64,000 nt of DNA from Candidatus Methanomethylophilaceae archaeon (GTDB taxonomy: Archaea; Thermoplasmatota; Thermoplasmata; Methanomassiliicoccales; Methanomethylophilaceae), in the NCBI GenBank assembly GCA_944320495.1, contig CALUHR010000008.1:42249-106248 (forward strand), in the 5' to 3' direction. Shown piece after piece: positions 1 through 10,790 of the stretch. Below the pieces are notes generated by a model. The model worked only from the letters and a program-made list of their open reading frames with translations. It was not told where the DNA came from and searched no databases. Numbering within the stretch: position 1 is the stretch's first letter; the number at the start of each line of letters is the position of its first letter. Both the position numbers and the translations under genes were made by a program.

Positions 1-1329
1 CACCGCGGATATGGAGAGTCCGACCGAGTCCAGCAGGTCGTTGCCCCCGGTCATGATCAGGACCGCACCGATGAGGATGGTCAGGACGAACATCACGAAC
101 ACCATGAGCGCCGAACGGATCACGCTGTCCTCGACCACGCGGCCGTCGACCTTCACGGAGTAGACGGAGTTGGTGTGGACCAGGGTGCTGAATCCTGCCC
201 TGATGTACTCGTAGATGATCCTCAGCCTCCCGATCTTGATTCCTCCGCTGGTGGAGCTGGTGGACGCTCCGATTACGACGACGATCATCAGGAAGATGGT
301 GCACTGGGCCGGCCAGAGGGTGTAGTCCTCGACGTAGAATCCCGTGGACGTCCCGAGGGACACCGTGGTGAACAGGACGTCCTTGAAGACCTCGTAGAGG
401 CTCCTGGCGTCGGTAGGCTTGCCGGAGACGATCATGTCCTGGAGCATCAGCAGGAAGATGACCACCGTGATGACCCCGAACCACACGATCATGGCACGGT
501 ACTCGGAGTTGCCACGGTAGACGCCGCGCTCCCTCCTGGCTATGGCGCGGTAGTGGAGGTAGAAGTTCGTTCCTCCGAGGAACATGAAGGCGATGGTGAC
601 CCATTGGACGGCGTCCGAGTAGATCATCAGGCTGCTGTTGAACATGAACAGGCCACCGGTCGAGATGGTGGAGAACATGAGGCACATGGCCTCGATGGTA
701 GGCACCTGCAGGATCACGAGGAAGATGAAGTTCAGGGCGCTCAGCAGCATGTAGATCATGATGAACGAGCGGGCGACGTCCCTCATCTTATGGGAGTAGT
801 CCGAGGACTCGTACCCGGCCAGCTCGTTGTAGAACAGTCCGCGGCCGTGGCCCACCTTCGGCAAGAAGTAAAGGAAGATCAGGACGACGGCGATACCTCC
901 GATCCACTGGGTCATGGACCTCCAGATCAGGAGACTGGTGCTCTGCTCGCTCAGGTCGCCGATGACGGTGAGCCCGGTGGTGGTGATGCCGCTGACCGAC
1001 TCGAAGATCGCGTCAATGGGGTCTATCCCCGACATGATGTAAGGGATGGTGCCGATGGCGAACATCACCAGCCAGGAGAGCCCAACCAGCAGCAGTCCGT
1101 TCACGAAGCGGAACGTGCGGTACTGGGTGAACATGAGGTACTGGAAGGATCCGAGGGCCAGAAGAAACGGGATCGGGGCAAGGAAGGGCATAGCGTCCTC
1201 GCCGAAGTACAGGGCGAAGGCGGCCGGCACCAGCAGCACCAGGCCGAAGATTACCTCCACCAGGCCGAGGACGTTGACCGTCGTCCCCTCCCAACGGATG
1301 CAGCGCTTGCGAAAATCCTTCCACTTCAA
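1..1329 (-). CDS. trkH: Trk potassium uptake membrane subunit (3' end beyond window start)
   Basis: Manual translation from TTG at 1329, just after the trkA stop, gives a hydrophobic protein with the FESVSGITTTGLTV pore motif; absent from the ORF track because it runs off the window. Confidence 0.92.
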   Translation of the reverse strand, partial: MKWKDFRKRCIRWEGTTVNVLGLVEVIFGLVLLVPAAFALYFGEDAMPFLAPIPFLLALGSFQYLMFTQYRTFRFVNGLLLVGLSWLVMFAIGTIPYIMSGIDPIDAIFESVSGITTTGLTVIGDLSEQSTSLLIWRSMTQWIGGIAVVLIFLYFLPKVGHGRGLFYNELAGYESSDYSHKMRDVARSFIMIYMLLSALNFIFLVILQVPTIEAMCLMFSTISTGGLFMFNSSLMIYSDAVQWVTIAFMFLGGTNFYLHYRAIARRERGVYRGNSEYRAMIVWFGVITVVIFLLMLQDMIVSGKPTDARSLYEVFKDVLFTTVSLGTSTGFYVEDYTLWPAQCTIFLMIVVVIGASTSSTSGGIKIGRLRIIYEYIRAGFSTLVHTNSVYSVKVDGRVVEDSVIRSALMVFVMFVLTILIGAVLIMTGGNDLLDSVGLSISAV

Positions 1330-1333
1330 CCGA

Positions 1334-2686
1334 TCACATCTCCGGCAGGACTCCCTTGCCGAAGATCCTCACGACCTCCGACTCCATCTTCGCGTTCGAG
1401 AATAGAATGACCGAGTCACCGTCCTCCATCCTGGTGTCCAGCACCGGGTACAGGATCTCGCCTTGGCGCTCGATGGCCACGAGACGGAGCCCCTCGGGCA
1501 TGTTCAGGTCCCCGACGAAGCGGTTCAGCAGCTTGGAGCCCGAGTCGACGACATGGGTGAAGAACATCCAGTCGCTGCTCTGCATCCTGGCTATGGCCAG
1601 CTCGTCGGAGACGAGGCATTTGATGATCTCGTTGGACACGACCTGGTTGAAGCCGATGATGGTCTGCAGGCCGGTGTAGCGGAAGATGTCCTCGTACTCG
1701 CGCATGAAATACCGAGAGATGACCTTGCGCGCGTTGTGCCTGCCGGCGGACATGCACATGAGGAGGTTCGTCTCGTCCCTCGACGAGGTCGAGACGGTGG
1801 CATCCACGCGGAACACGTTCTCGTCCGCCTGGATGTTCGGGTCGGTGTAGTCGGCGTTGATGATGGCGACGCCGCTGAGCGCCCTGGAGAGGGCGATGCA
1901 GCGGGCCGGGTCGCGCTCGATGATCTTGATGTATCTCTTTACGGGATCGTCGGAGAGCATCTTGGCGAGGTTTAATCCGACGATGGAGCCTCCGAGGATG
2001 CAGACCTCCCTGGTGACGTCCTCGACACCGACCATCTCGTTGAACTGGGAGATTGCCTCGTCGCTCCCGAACACGCACAGGCGGTCGCCGGGATGGACCT
2101 CCATCGTCTCCGGGGATGTGAACACATCGTCGTCGCGATAGATGGCGAAAACGGTGCATCCTGGCGGTATGGGGAGGTGCATGACGACACGTCCCACGAT
2201 GGGCTTCTGTCCCTGGACGGAGAACACGGCGATGCTCACGCCCATGCTCCTGATGCTCTCGTACTCGACGACGTTCTCGAGGACGCTGAGCCTGTACATC
2301 TTCTCCGCGGTCGTCAGGTCGGGGGATATGATGTAGTCGATGCCCTCCACGCCGTCGGACGCGGTGTCGACCATGAAGTCGGGGTTGTGGATGGTGGCCA
2401 CGGTCTTGATGTCGGGCTTGATCCTCTTGGCCATCATGCAGACGAATAGGTTCTCCGAGTCTGAGCTCAGCGTCGAGACTATGACCTCGGCGCCATGGCT
2501 CTCTATGGCGTATCTGAGGATGCGCGGATTCGTACCGTCCTCCCTCAGGACGGCGACGTTGAGGCGGCCCTTCAGGGTCTCCGTCACGGATTCGTCCTTC
2601 TCGATGACGAGGACGTCGTGAACGTCGGAGACCGTCTCGGCGGAGACGAATCCGACGTTCCCCGCCCCGACTATGATGACCTTCAT
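1334..2686 (-). CDS. trkA: Trk potassium transporter NAD-binding subunit
   Basis: MKVIIVGAGNVG Rossmann start, duplicated RCK_N/RCK_C layout, adjacent to trkH. Confidence 0.95.
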   Translation of the reverse strand: MKVIIVGAGNVGFVSAETVSDVHDVLVIEKDESVTETLKGRLNVAVLREDGTNPRILRYAIESHGAEVIVSTLSSDSENLFVCMMAKRIKPDIKTVATIHNPDFMVDTASDGVEGIDYIISPDLTTAEKMYRLSVLENVVEYESIRSMGVSIAVFSVQGQKPIVGRVVMHLPIPPGCTVFAIYRDDDVFTSPETMEVHPGDRLCVFGSDEAISQFNEMVGVEDVTREVCILGGSIVGLNLAKMLSDDPVKRYIKIIERDPARCIALSRALSGVAIINADYTDPNIQADENVFRVDATVSTSSRDETNLLMCMSAGRHNARKVISRYFMREYEDIFRYTGLQTIIGFNQVVSNEIIKCLVSDELAIARMQSSDWMFFTHVVDSGSKLLNRFVGDLNMPEGLRLVAIERQGEILYPVLDTRMEDGDSVILFSNAKMESEVVRIFGKGVLPEM

Positions 2687-2826
2687 CCGCTGGGACTACG
2701 CCTACGGGAACTATAACACTTTTCGGTCGGTCGGGAGGGGTCATCCAGCCCCCTCTCCCTTCCATATATAGGATATGGAGTTTCCGACCGAATCATATTA
2801 ACATTGAGATTCGCATCCGTCGCCTC

Positions 2827-4083
2827 ATGTGGCAGCAAGTCAACGAGGACTTCTGGAAGGAGAACCGCGAATCCAAGGTCGGACAGGTCGAGGACACCGT
2901 CCGCGAGATCGTCGAAAACGTCAGGCAGAACGGCGACAAGGCCCTCAGGGAGCTGGCGAAGAAGTTCGACAAGGTCGACCTGGGTGAGATCGCGGTGACC
3001 CGCGAAGAGATCGAGGCCGCCTACGAGCAGGTGAAGCCCGAACTCGTGGAGGAGCTCGAGAACGCTGCATTCAACATCGAGAGGTTCCACAGGATGCAGA
3101 TGCCCGCAGGCCTCTGGCTCACCGAGGTCGAGCCCGGCATCACCCTCGGGGTCAAGTCCACCCCCCTCGAGAGGGTCGGATGCTACATCCCCGGAGGGCG
3201 CGCGTCCTATCCCAGCACCGTGCTCATGACCGCCATCCCCGCCAAGGTCGCGGGCGTCGACGAGGTCATCATGTGCACCCCCGCACCGATCAACCCCCTC
3301 ACCCTCGTGGCCGCCGACATCGCCGGCGTCGACGAGATCTACAAGTCCGGAGGCGCCCAGGCCATCGCCGCCATGGCCCTCGGTACCGAGAGCATCGAGC
3401 CCGTTCAGAAGATCGTCGGGCCCGGCAACGTGTTCGTCACCGGCGCCAAGATGATGCTCCGCAACACCGTCGACATCGACTTCCCCGCCGGCCCCTCCGA
3501 GATCGGCGTCCTCGCAGACGAGACCGCCGTGCCCGAGTACGTGGCCTCCGACCTCATCGCCCAGGCGGAGCACGACCCGTCCTCCGCCAGCCTGCTGGTC
3601 ACCAGCGACCCCGACCTCCCCGACAGGATCTGGGAGATCATGGAGGGCATGATCGAGAAGGCCCCCAGGAGGGAGATCATCGAGAAGGCCATGAACAACT
3701 CCGGCTACATCATCGCCGAGGACATGGACCTCGCCATCGAGATCATGAACGGCATCGCCCCCGAGCACCTGTCCATCCAGGTCCGCGACCCGCTGGACGT
3801 CCTCGGCAAGGTCAGGAACGGCGGTTCCATCTTCGTCGGACCCTACACCCCGGTCGCCGCCGGCGACTACGCATCCGGGACCAACCACGTCCTGCCCACG
3901 TCCGGCCACGCCGCAACCTGCTCCGGCCTGAACGTCCACCACTTCATGAAGACCTCCACCGTCCAGATGCTCTCCAAGGAGGGGCTGGCCGTTCTCGCGC
4001 CGACCATCGAGACCCTGGCCACCGCTGAGGGCCTGCACGCCCACTGCGAATCGGTCAAGATCAGGAAGCCGGAGGAGGAGTGA
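2827..4083 (+). CDS. hisD: Histidinol dehydrogenase
   Basis: YIPGGRASYPST, KIVGPGNVFV, DFPAGPSE, EHDP, GDYASGTNHVLPT motifs. Confidence 0.97.
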   Translation: MWQQVNEDFWKENRESKVGQVEDTVREIVENVRQNGDKALRELAKKFDKVDLGEIAVTREEIEAAYEQVKPELVEELENAAFNIERFHRMQMPAGLWLTEVEPGITLGVKSTPLERVGCYIPGGRASYPSTVLMTAIPAKVAGVDEVIMCTPAPINPLTLVAADIAGVDEIYKSGGAQAIAAMALGTESIEPVQKIVGPGNVFVTGAKMMLRNTVDIDFPAGPSEIGVLADETAVPEYVASDLIAQAEHDPSSASLLVTSDPDLPDRIWEIMEGMIEKAPRREIIEKAMNNSGYIIAEDMDLAIEIMNGIAPEHLSIQVRDPLDVLGKVRNGGSIFVGPYTPVAAGDYASGTNHVLPTSGHAATCSGLNVHHFMKTSTVQMLSKEGLAVLAPTIETLATAEGLHAHCESVKIRKPEEE

Positions 4084-4087
4084 TCCC

Positions 4088-6190
4088 ATGGCGGGCCGCA
4101 CCACGAAGAGGGCCCCCGCGGACGAGACCCCTGCGGCCCCCGATCTCTACGACTCCAAGTACTACATCAACAGGGAGCTGTCGTGGCTCGAGTTCAACAG
4201 GAGGTGCCTCGAGGAGGCCAAGGACGCCTCCAACCCCCTGCTGGAGAGGGTGAAGTTCCTGGCGATATGCTACGGGAACCTGGACGAGTTCTACATGATC
4301 CGCGTCCCCGGGATCATCGCCAAGACCCCCATACCCGGACCGGACTACCTAACGATCAACTACAACACCCTGATGCAGCAGGTCTCCGAGACCGTGCAGA
4401 AGCTCGTCTTCGAGTACTCCGACTGCTGGAACGGGATCAAGACGGAGCTCGCCGAGGCGGGCATCGTCATCAGCAAGGTGGAGCAGCTCTCGCCCGACCA
4501 GCAGGCCTGGGTGGCCGGGTTCTACAAGCAGAGGGTCCACCCCCTGCTGACCCCGCTGGCACTGGACGTGAGCCACCCGTTCCCGTTCATCTCCAACAAC
4601 TCGCTGAACATCGCGGTGAGGATGTACGACAAGAACCACGAACAGCTGTTCGCCCGTGTCAAGGTCCCCGTCGGCGTCCTCCCCAGGTTCGTGCGGGTCC
4701 CCTCCACAAAGGGCGAGCAGTACGTCCTCCTGGAGGACATCCTGGAGAACCACATCTCCTCGCTGTTCCCCGGCCTCGACGTGGTGGGTGCGTACATGTT
4801 CCGCGTCACACGCAACGCGGATGTGAAGGTCACGATCGACGAGGCCTGCGACTTCATGACCGCGGTCGAGGAGTCCCTCGAGGACAGGGACATCGGGTTC
4901 CCCGTCAGGATGGCCGTCGAGCGCACCATGCCGCCGGAGATGGTCAAACTGTTCGCCAGGAACCTGAAGCTCAGCGACCTCCAGGTCCACAGGACCGACG
5001 CCATCAGCCTCGGGGACCTGTGGGAGCTCGTGGGCCTGGACTATCCGAAGATGAAGGACAAGCCCTTCGAGCCCTACACCCCGCCGGAGCTGGCCGAGGG
5101 GATGGACATATTCGAGTCCATCAAGGACAGGGACTGGATCCTGTTCCACCCCTACGAATCGTTCCAGACCATCGTCCGCTTCATCACCACATCCGCCGAG
5201 GACCTAAACGTCCAGAGCATCAAGATCTGCCTGTACAGGATCGGCAAGGACCCGTCCCTGGTGAAGGCGCTGATGCGCGCCAAGGAGAACGGCAAGACGG
5301 TCTCGGTCCTGATGGAGCTCCGCGCCAAGTTCGACGAGAGCAACAACATCCTGTGGGCCAGGGAGATGGAGAAGATCGGCGTGCACGTGGTCTACGGTCC
5401 GGTGAACCTGAAGGTCCACTCCAAGCTCCTCCAGGTCGTCCGCCTCGAGGGGGAGAAGCTCGTCCGCTACACGCACATGAGCTCGGGCAACTACAACTCG
5501 TCCACCGCCAAGCAGTACGGGGACATCTCGTTCCTGACCGCCAACCCGGAGATCGGGGAGGACGTGGGGGAGCTGTTCAACGCCCTGACCGGATACTTCG
5601 GACCCAGGATGTACACGCATCTGCTGGTGGCTCCGCTGACACTTAAGAGCTCCCTGATCGAGAAGATCGAGCGCGAGATAGAGGTGTGCAGGACCACCGG
5701 AAGCGGGTACATCGCCATGAAGGCGAACGGGCTGATCGACTCGGACATCATCGCCGCGCTCTACAAGGCGTCCAACGCCGGCGTCCGCATCGACCTCAAC
5801 ATCCGCGGACTCTGCTGCCTACGCCCGGGGATCCCCGGTGTCTCGGAGAACATCAGGGTCACCAGCATCGTGGACAGGTTCCTCGAGCACTCGAGGATCT
5901 ACTACTTCGAGAACGGCGGCCATCCGGAGATGTACATGGGATCATCGGACATGATGCCCAGGAACCTACTGGCCAGGGTGGAGGTGCTGTTCCCCGTGCT
6001 GGACCAGGACATGCTCGCCCACATAAGGGACGACATCCTGAGGATCCATCTCAGCGACAACGTGAAGGCACGCGAGCTTCTGCCCGACGGCACCTACAGG
6101 CTCGTCCAGAGGCCGGAGGGCGAGAAGAGGATGAGATCCCAGAAGTGGTTCCTCGACCACAGGGGATGCTGGCATGGAACAGAGGACTGA
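4088..6190 (+). CDS. ppk1: Polyphosphate kinase 1
   Basis: YINRELSWLEFN, HPFPFI, LFHPYESF, ELRAKFDE, KVHSKL, GNYN, RFLEHSRI motifs. Confidence 0.97.
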   Translation: MAGRTTKRAPADETPAAPDLYDSKYYINRELSWLEFNRRCLEEAKDASNPLLERVKFLAICYGNLDEFYMIRVPGIIAKTPIPGPDYLTINYNTLMQQVSETVQKLVFEYSDCWNGIKTELAEAGIVISKVEQLSPDQQAWVAGFYKQRVHPLLTPLALDVSHPFPFISNNSLNIAVRMYDKNHEQLFARVKVPVGVLPRFVRVPSTKGEQYVLLEDILENHISSLFPGLDVVGAYMFRVTRNADVKVTIDEACDFMTAVEESLEDRDIGFPVRMAVERTMPPEMVKLFARNLKLSDLQVHRTDAISLGDLWELVGLDYPKMKDKPFEPYTPPELAEGMDIFESIKDRDWILFHPYESFQTIVRFITTSAEDLNVQSIKICLYRIGKDPSLVKALMRAKENGKTVSVLMELRAKFDESNNILWAREMEKIGVHVVYGPVNLKVHSKLLQVVRLEGEKLVRYTHMSSGNYNSSTAKQYGDISFLTANPEIGEDVGELFNALTGYFGPRMYTHLLVAPLTLKSSLIEKIEREIEVCRTTGSGYIAMKANGLIDSDIIAALYKASNAGVRIDLNIRGLCCLRPGIPGVSENIRVTSIVDRFLEHSRIYYFENGGHPEMYMGSSDMMPRNLLARVEVLFPVLDQDMLAHIRDDILRIHLSDNVKARELLPDGTYRLVQRPEGEKRMRSQKWFLDHRGCWHGTED

Positions 6191-7748
6191 CACCGAGACC
6201 GTAGGCTTCATCGACGTCGGCACCAACTCCATCCATCTGCTGGTGGTCAGGTTCTATCCTGACACCTCCGGGACGCCCATATTCCAGGACAAGGAGTCCG
6301 TGAGGCTGGGCAAGAGCCTGTACAGCACCGGGCGCATCACCCCCGAGGCGGTGGAGAAGAGCGCCCTGGTCGTATCGAGGTTCGCCCGGATATCCAGAGG
6401 CCTCGGCGCAGACCGCGTGATCGCGTTCGCGACCTGCGCGGCCAGGGAGGCCGCCAACCGCCAGGAGCTCATCGACGCCGTCTCCAAGGATGTGGAGCTG
6501 AAGGTAATCCCCGGCACCGAGGAGGCCAGGCTGATCGCCCTGGGCGTATTCGGGGACCAGGGGCCGGCTGAGCGCACAGTCGAGATCGACATCGGCGGGG
6601 GCAGCACCGAGGTCATCGTCCGCGAGAAGGGCGAGGACATCTTCCTCGACAGCCTCAGCATGGGCGCGGTCCGCTACAACTACTCCCTCAACATCGACTG
6701 CTCCGGACCCGTGAGCCAGGAGCAGTACTCCATGATACTCCGCACCGTCGACATATCGTCGTACCACGCGGTGAACAAGGTCCGCGCCCTCGGCTTCCGC
6801 AGAGCGGTGGGATCCTCCGGGACGCTCATGTCCATAGCCGACATGTGCGCCGCCCGCAGGGGAGACGGGGACGCCTCGTACTTCACCCGCAAGGAGCTCC
6901 GCTCACTGATGCAGGACCTCTGTCCCATGACCGCCGAGGAGCGCCTCAGGGTCCCGGGCATGGGGAAGACGAGATCGGACATCATCATCCCCGGAGGGGC
7001 GATAGCAGAGGAGCTGATGTCCCTTTTCGGCATATCCAGGATGGACATAAGCCCGGACGGGCTCAAGCAGGGGATGATGCTGGACCATCAGCTCTCCCAC
7101 GGGTACACCGTATTCGGTGCCAGGCAGTCCTCCGTGCGCGCCCTGGCCCACAGGTGCCAGTACGACCGCCGCCATGCCGAGACCGTCGAGCGCAACGCCA
7201 TGTCCCTCTTCGACCAGTCGAGGGAGCTGGGAATGCACGACCTCGGCCCGCAGTGGAGGAGCCTGCTCTCCTGCGCGTGCATACTGCACGACATAGGCGA
7301 GCTAATCAGCTACTCCAACCACAACGTGCTGTCCCAGGTCATCATCGAGAAGGCCGACCTCCAGGGGTTCACCTGCGAGGAGATCGCGGCCATGGGTCTC
7401 ATGGTCAGGTTCCACCACAAGAAGTTCCCCGGCCCGAAGGACTCCCGCCTGGCGGGCATGTCCAGGGAGGACGCCACAGCCGTCAGGGTGTGCGCCATGC
7501 TGCTCAAGATGGCGGACGTCATGGACCGCCACAGGAACAACTCGGTCCGCAGCGCGCGCATGAGGATAGACGGGGGGCGTCTCATCCTATCGCTCTCCGC
7601 CGATGAGGACCCCAGCATGGAGATCTGGAGCCTCGAGCGCATCCGCCCCGACTTCCAGAAGCTCTTCGGTCTGGACCTCGTGCCCGTCTCCGTAGATCCG
7701 ATGACACCCGTCCCGTCTCGGAACGGGGCCGGAACATCCCCGGAATGA
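6174..7748 (+). CDS. ppx: Exopolyphosphatase Ppx/GppA with C-terminal HD domain
   Basis: IDVGTNSIHL, EEARL, DIGGGSTE, LHDIG motifs; overlaps ppk1 end. Confidence 0.93.
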   Translation: MEQRTDTETVGFIDVGTNSIHLLVVRFYPDTSGTPIFQDKESVRLGKSLYSTGRITPEAVEKSALVVSRFARISRGLGADRVIAFATCAAREAANRQELIDAVSKDVELKVIPGTEEARLIALGVFGDQGPAERTVEIDIGGGSTEVIVREKGEDIFLDSLSMGAVRYNYSLNIDCSGPVSQEQYSMILRTVDISSYHAVNKVRALGFRRAVGSSGTLMSIADMCAARRGDGDASYFTRKELRSLMQDLCPMTAEERLRVPGMGKTRSDIIIPGGAIAEELMSLFGISRMDISPDGLKQGMMLDHQLSHGYTVFGARQSSVRALAHRCQYDRRHAETVERNAMSLFDQSRELGMHDLGPQWRSLLSCACILHDIGELISYSNHNVLSQVIIEKADLQGFTCEEIAAMGLMVRFHHKKFPGPKDSRLAGMSREDATAVRVCAMLLKMADVMDRHRNNSVRSARMRIDGGRLILSLSADEDPSMEIWSLERIRPDFQKLFGLDLVPVSVDPMTPVPSRNGAGTSPE

Positions 7749-7903
7749 GCCTCGGACCCGCTCCGGACGGGCGAAAAAGGACAGATTCAAATAATCCAGC
7801 AGGGATAGGGAATCAGAGTGGAAGCCGGTCCCCTTGCATGGAAGAGATTCCAAACCGGCCTCTACTTACCTTCACATCCCGCCTTCATCAGCGGACGTGA
7901 TGG

Positions 7904-9193
7904 ATGGGGGATCTCATGGTGACGGGCACGGCATTCTTCGAAGCGGCCGCCGCCTACAACGATGCACCGGTGAAGAGCGGATTGTGCTCCATATGCAAGG
8001 GCGCCCACAGGCTGTGCGGCAAGGACCGCTGCCCCCTGATGATCAAGTTCTACTCGCAGCAGAAGACCCGGCCGCTCATAGACGCCAAGGACCTGGCCGG
8101 CTCAAGCCCACCGTCCGTCTTCGTGGGACGCTACGGATACCCGAAGGTGGACATCGGACCCCTGGTCCCGCCGGAGTTCGGTGACACCTCCGTAATGGGG
8201 AGACCTGAGATGTGGGTCGGGAAGTCGATAGACGAGATCGTCGACATGCGCTTCCGCCTGGTGAGGGGGAAGTACCGCATCGACGCCACCGACTTCGCGA
8301 AGTACGGGCGCATGGTGGACGCGGTCCAGGAGGTGGCGCTGACCGAGCGCCCCATAGACATAGAGACCACCTTCTCCCAGAAGCCCCGCGGCAGGGTCGT
8401 CCTGGACGATGACATCGAGCCCTTCGGTCCTTCGGCCAGGATGGAGGCCATGTCCATAGGCAACGGGAGGTTCGAGAGGAACCTGGAGAGGTCGTTCTAC
8501 GACACCGACATGCGCGCCGTGGACGCCGTGGTGTCGGCGTACAGGGGAGGGACCCTGATCTCCGAGATCCAGAAGGCCTTCTCTGTTGGAACGATGGGGA
8601 CCGGCAAGCGCAGGCGCTTCGTCCCCACCAGATGGAGCATCACCGCCGTCGACGACATCATAGGCAAGGACCTGCTGAAGACCACCAGGTGGAACCCGAC
8701 CATCGACGACTTCAGGCTCTACCTCTGGGAGGAGCTGGACAACAGGTGGGCCATCCTCCTGATGCCCTGCACCTGGAGGTTCGAGCTCATAGAGGCGTGG
8801 TATCCCAACACCACCTGGAACCCCACCGGGAAGACCATAGACGTCATCCACGACAGCGAGTTCTTCGACGGCAGGACGGAGTACGCCCACATCGGAGGAT
8901 GCTACTACGCGTCAAGGATGGCGGTCAACGAGCTGCTCATTAAAGAGGGGAGGACCGCAGGTGCCGTCATCATGAGGGAGGCCCATCCCGGATACGTTAT
9001 GCCCGTCGGGGTCTGGAACGTCAGGGAGAACGTCCGCGCCGCTCTGAAGACGGAGCCCCTCCATTTCGAGACCTACGACCAGGCGATGACCCGTGTGGAG
9101 CAGATGATGGACATCAAGCGCGACGGATGGATCGCCAACTCCGACGTGATGAGGGACTGGCTCGTCCAGAGGAGGATTGAGGACTATTACCGA
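7904..9193 (+). CDS. nreA: Nre family archaeal DNA repair protein with C-terminal PIP box
   Basis: N-terminal CxxC..C..C, GSSPPSVFVG, PTRWSITAVDD, GGCYYA; ends QRRIEDYY then CGA 9191-9193. Standard code runs on to 10225. Start may be ATG 7916. Confidence 0.88.
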
Positions 9194-9974
9194 CACGACC
9201 CTCGGCGACTTCTCCGGAGAGAGGCTGGAATGGGACGGTCCTTTCCGGATAGTGGAGTGCGGCAGGGCGCTGTCCCCATCCGGGCTGGACGAGATGGACT
9301 ACGCCCTGAACCCCTACGGGGGATGCGAGCACGGCTGCATCTACTGCTACGCCCCGGGACACACCCATTCGGATCTCGCGGGATGGAGGGTCGTCCGCGT
9401 CAAGAGGAACGTGATCGACAGGCTGTCCAGGGAGCTGCCCTTCGCGGACGGTATAATCGGCATAGGCACGGTCACCGATCCGTACCAGGCCGCAGAGGGC
9501 AGGTTCCGCCTGACCAGGGGATGCCTGGAGGTCCTGGCCTCGAGGGGCCGGAGGATCCACATCCACACCAAATCGGACCTCGTCCTCCGCGACATCGACA
9601 TCCTGTCGGGGATGGACTGCGTCGTCGGGATCACGTTCACCGGCGTCGATCCGAGGGTCTCGAAGATGACCGAGCCAGGCGCCCCGCTGCCCGAGGCGAG
9701 GCTCCGGGCGATCACCGGCCTCTTGGACGGCGGGGTGCGGACGTACGCCCTGGTCGCCCCCACCATGTCGACCGCCGAGGGGCACGAGGCGGAGATCATC
9801 GATGCCCTCCGTTCCACGGGGGTCCGCCGCGTATACGTGGAACCCCTCAACCTCAGGCTTGTGGACACCACGCGTCTCGACAGGATGGGCATAACCCCGT
9901 CCCCCAAGGCTGTCGCGGAGATGGCCAGACTCTGCCGCGAGGCTGGCATCCTGGGCATGGGCGTGGTTCGTCGA
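9177..9974 (+). CDS. Radical SAM protein, SplB/COG1533-like
   Basis: NPYGGCEHGCIYCYA (CxxxCxxC), TVTDPYQ, IHTKS; CGA 9972-9974, TGA two codons later (9980); TTG start uncertain. Confidence 0.85.
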
Positions 9975-10373
9975 TATTGAGAACCATTATGAATCGCGAT
10001 CGTTTCAATCAGACATCTGGGAATTGCGCCATTGCCTTCAGATTGCGAGGGTCGGAAGGGTTCCTCGATGGACTGGAGAACGGCGATGGAGTTCGTGGGC
10101 GCCACTTACGAACTGATCATCCTGTGCTTCGCCTATGGTTCCCCGAACCACTCCGCCCAGTGTGCCAGAGGGGATTGGGCTGTTGCACGGCCAGATCTCC
10201 ATGGTCTCCATGTACTACATGTTGAGGACGATCAAACCCTGCTGTTCTTCAAGATCTCTGACCATCTCGGCAGGAATCCGGCCACCGTAAAGATCCCCCG
10301 GTCTCGATATACGGGTGTTTCGCCCCAAGAGGTGTAAGAAGGGAACGACCGACAGATCGCCGCCGGCCAGTTT

Positions 10374-10741
10374 TCAGTGTATGCGATCAATCCTCGAGAC
10401 GATCTTCCACTCGCCGTTTTTACAGGCATTTCCGTGAAGGGCGGAGCATTCATCTCTACATTGTAATGCGCGCGAACGCGGCCGAGCCCTCGATTTCAAG
10501 GACATCAATGCACGTCATCGCATCGGGAACCGCCCAGGTCTTGTCCACCGAGTCGAAGAGAGATTGCATGAATCCCCGGCAAGCTCCCCGTTCACGTAGC
10601 CTCAAAACCGCCTCCTGGTCAAACGTTTTCCCGAGGAGGGTGGTGTCACAGCCCCTTCATCCGTCGGAGTAAAATCTGCATTGCCTTCACGACTTCCTCG
10701 AAGTCCGATATCTTGTCCGAATCCATCACCTTCGTATCCAT
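10374..10741 (-). pseudogene. Frameshifted NTF2-like/lumazine-binding family gene
   Basis: Fragments in shifting frames (MDSDKISDFEEVVKAM; TFDQEAV; GYVNGELAG; SLFDSVDK..IDVLEIEGSAAFARI; KNGEWKIVSRI) align by eye with the intact paralog at 12069-12443. Confidence 0.7.
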
Positions 10742-10767
10742 GCTGACTAATAGGATTCAGGTGACAC

Positions 10768-10789
10768 GCGGGGTGCAGGGCACACCCGC
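10768..10789 (-). terminator. Imperfect GC hairpin just downstream of the flavodoxin CGA
   Basis: gcggggtg...cacacccgc stem beginning 2 nt after the CGA at 10791-10793. Confidence 0.35.
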
Positions 10790-10790
10790 A

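Noticed and set aside
2833-2838. CAA also acting as a stop (general C-to-U editing of stop precursors)
   Set aside because: CAA is used as an ordinary internal Gln codon, e.g. hisD codons 3-4 CAG CAA and trkA CGC CAA GGC; the effect is specific to CGA.
7904-10225. 773-aa NreA with a novel C-terminal domain
   Set aside because: The tail is an out-of-frame reading of the radical SAM gene beyond the PIP box and CGA.
9981-10373. Possible gene remnant after the radical SAM gene
   Set aside because: No frame gave a recognisable peptide.
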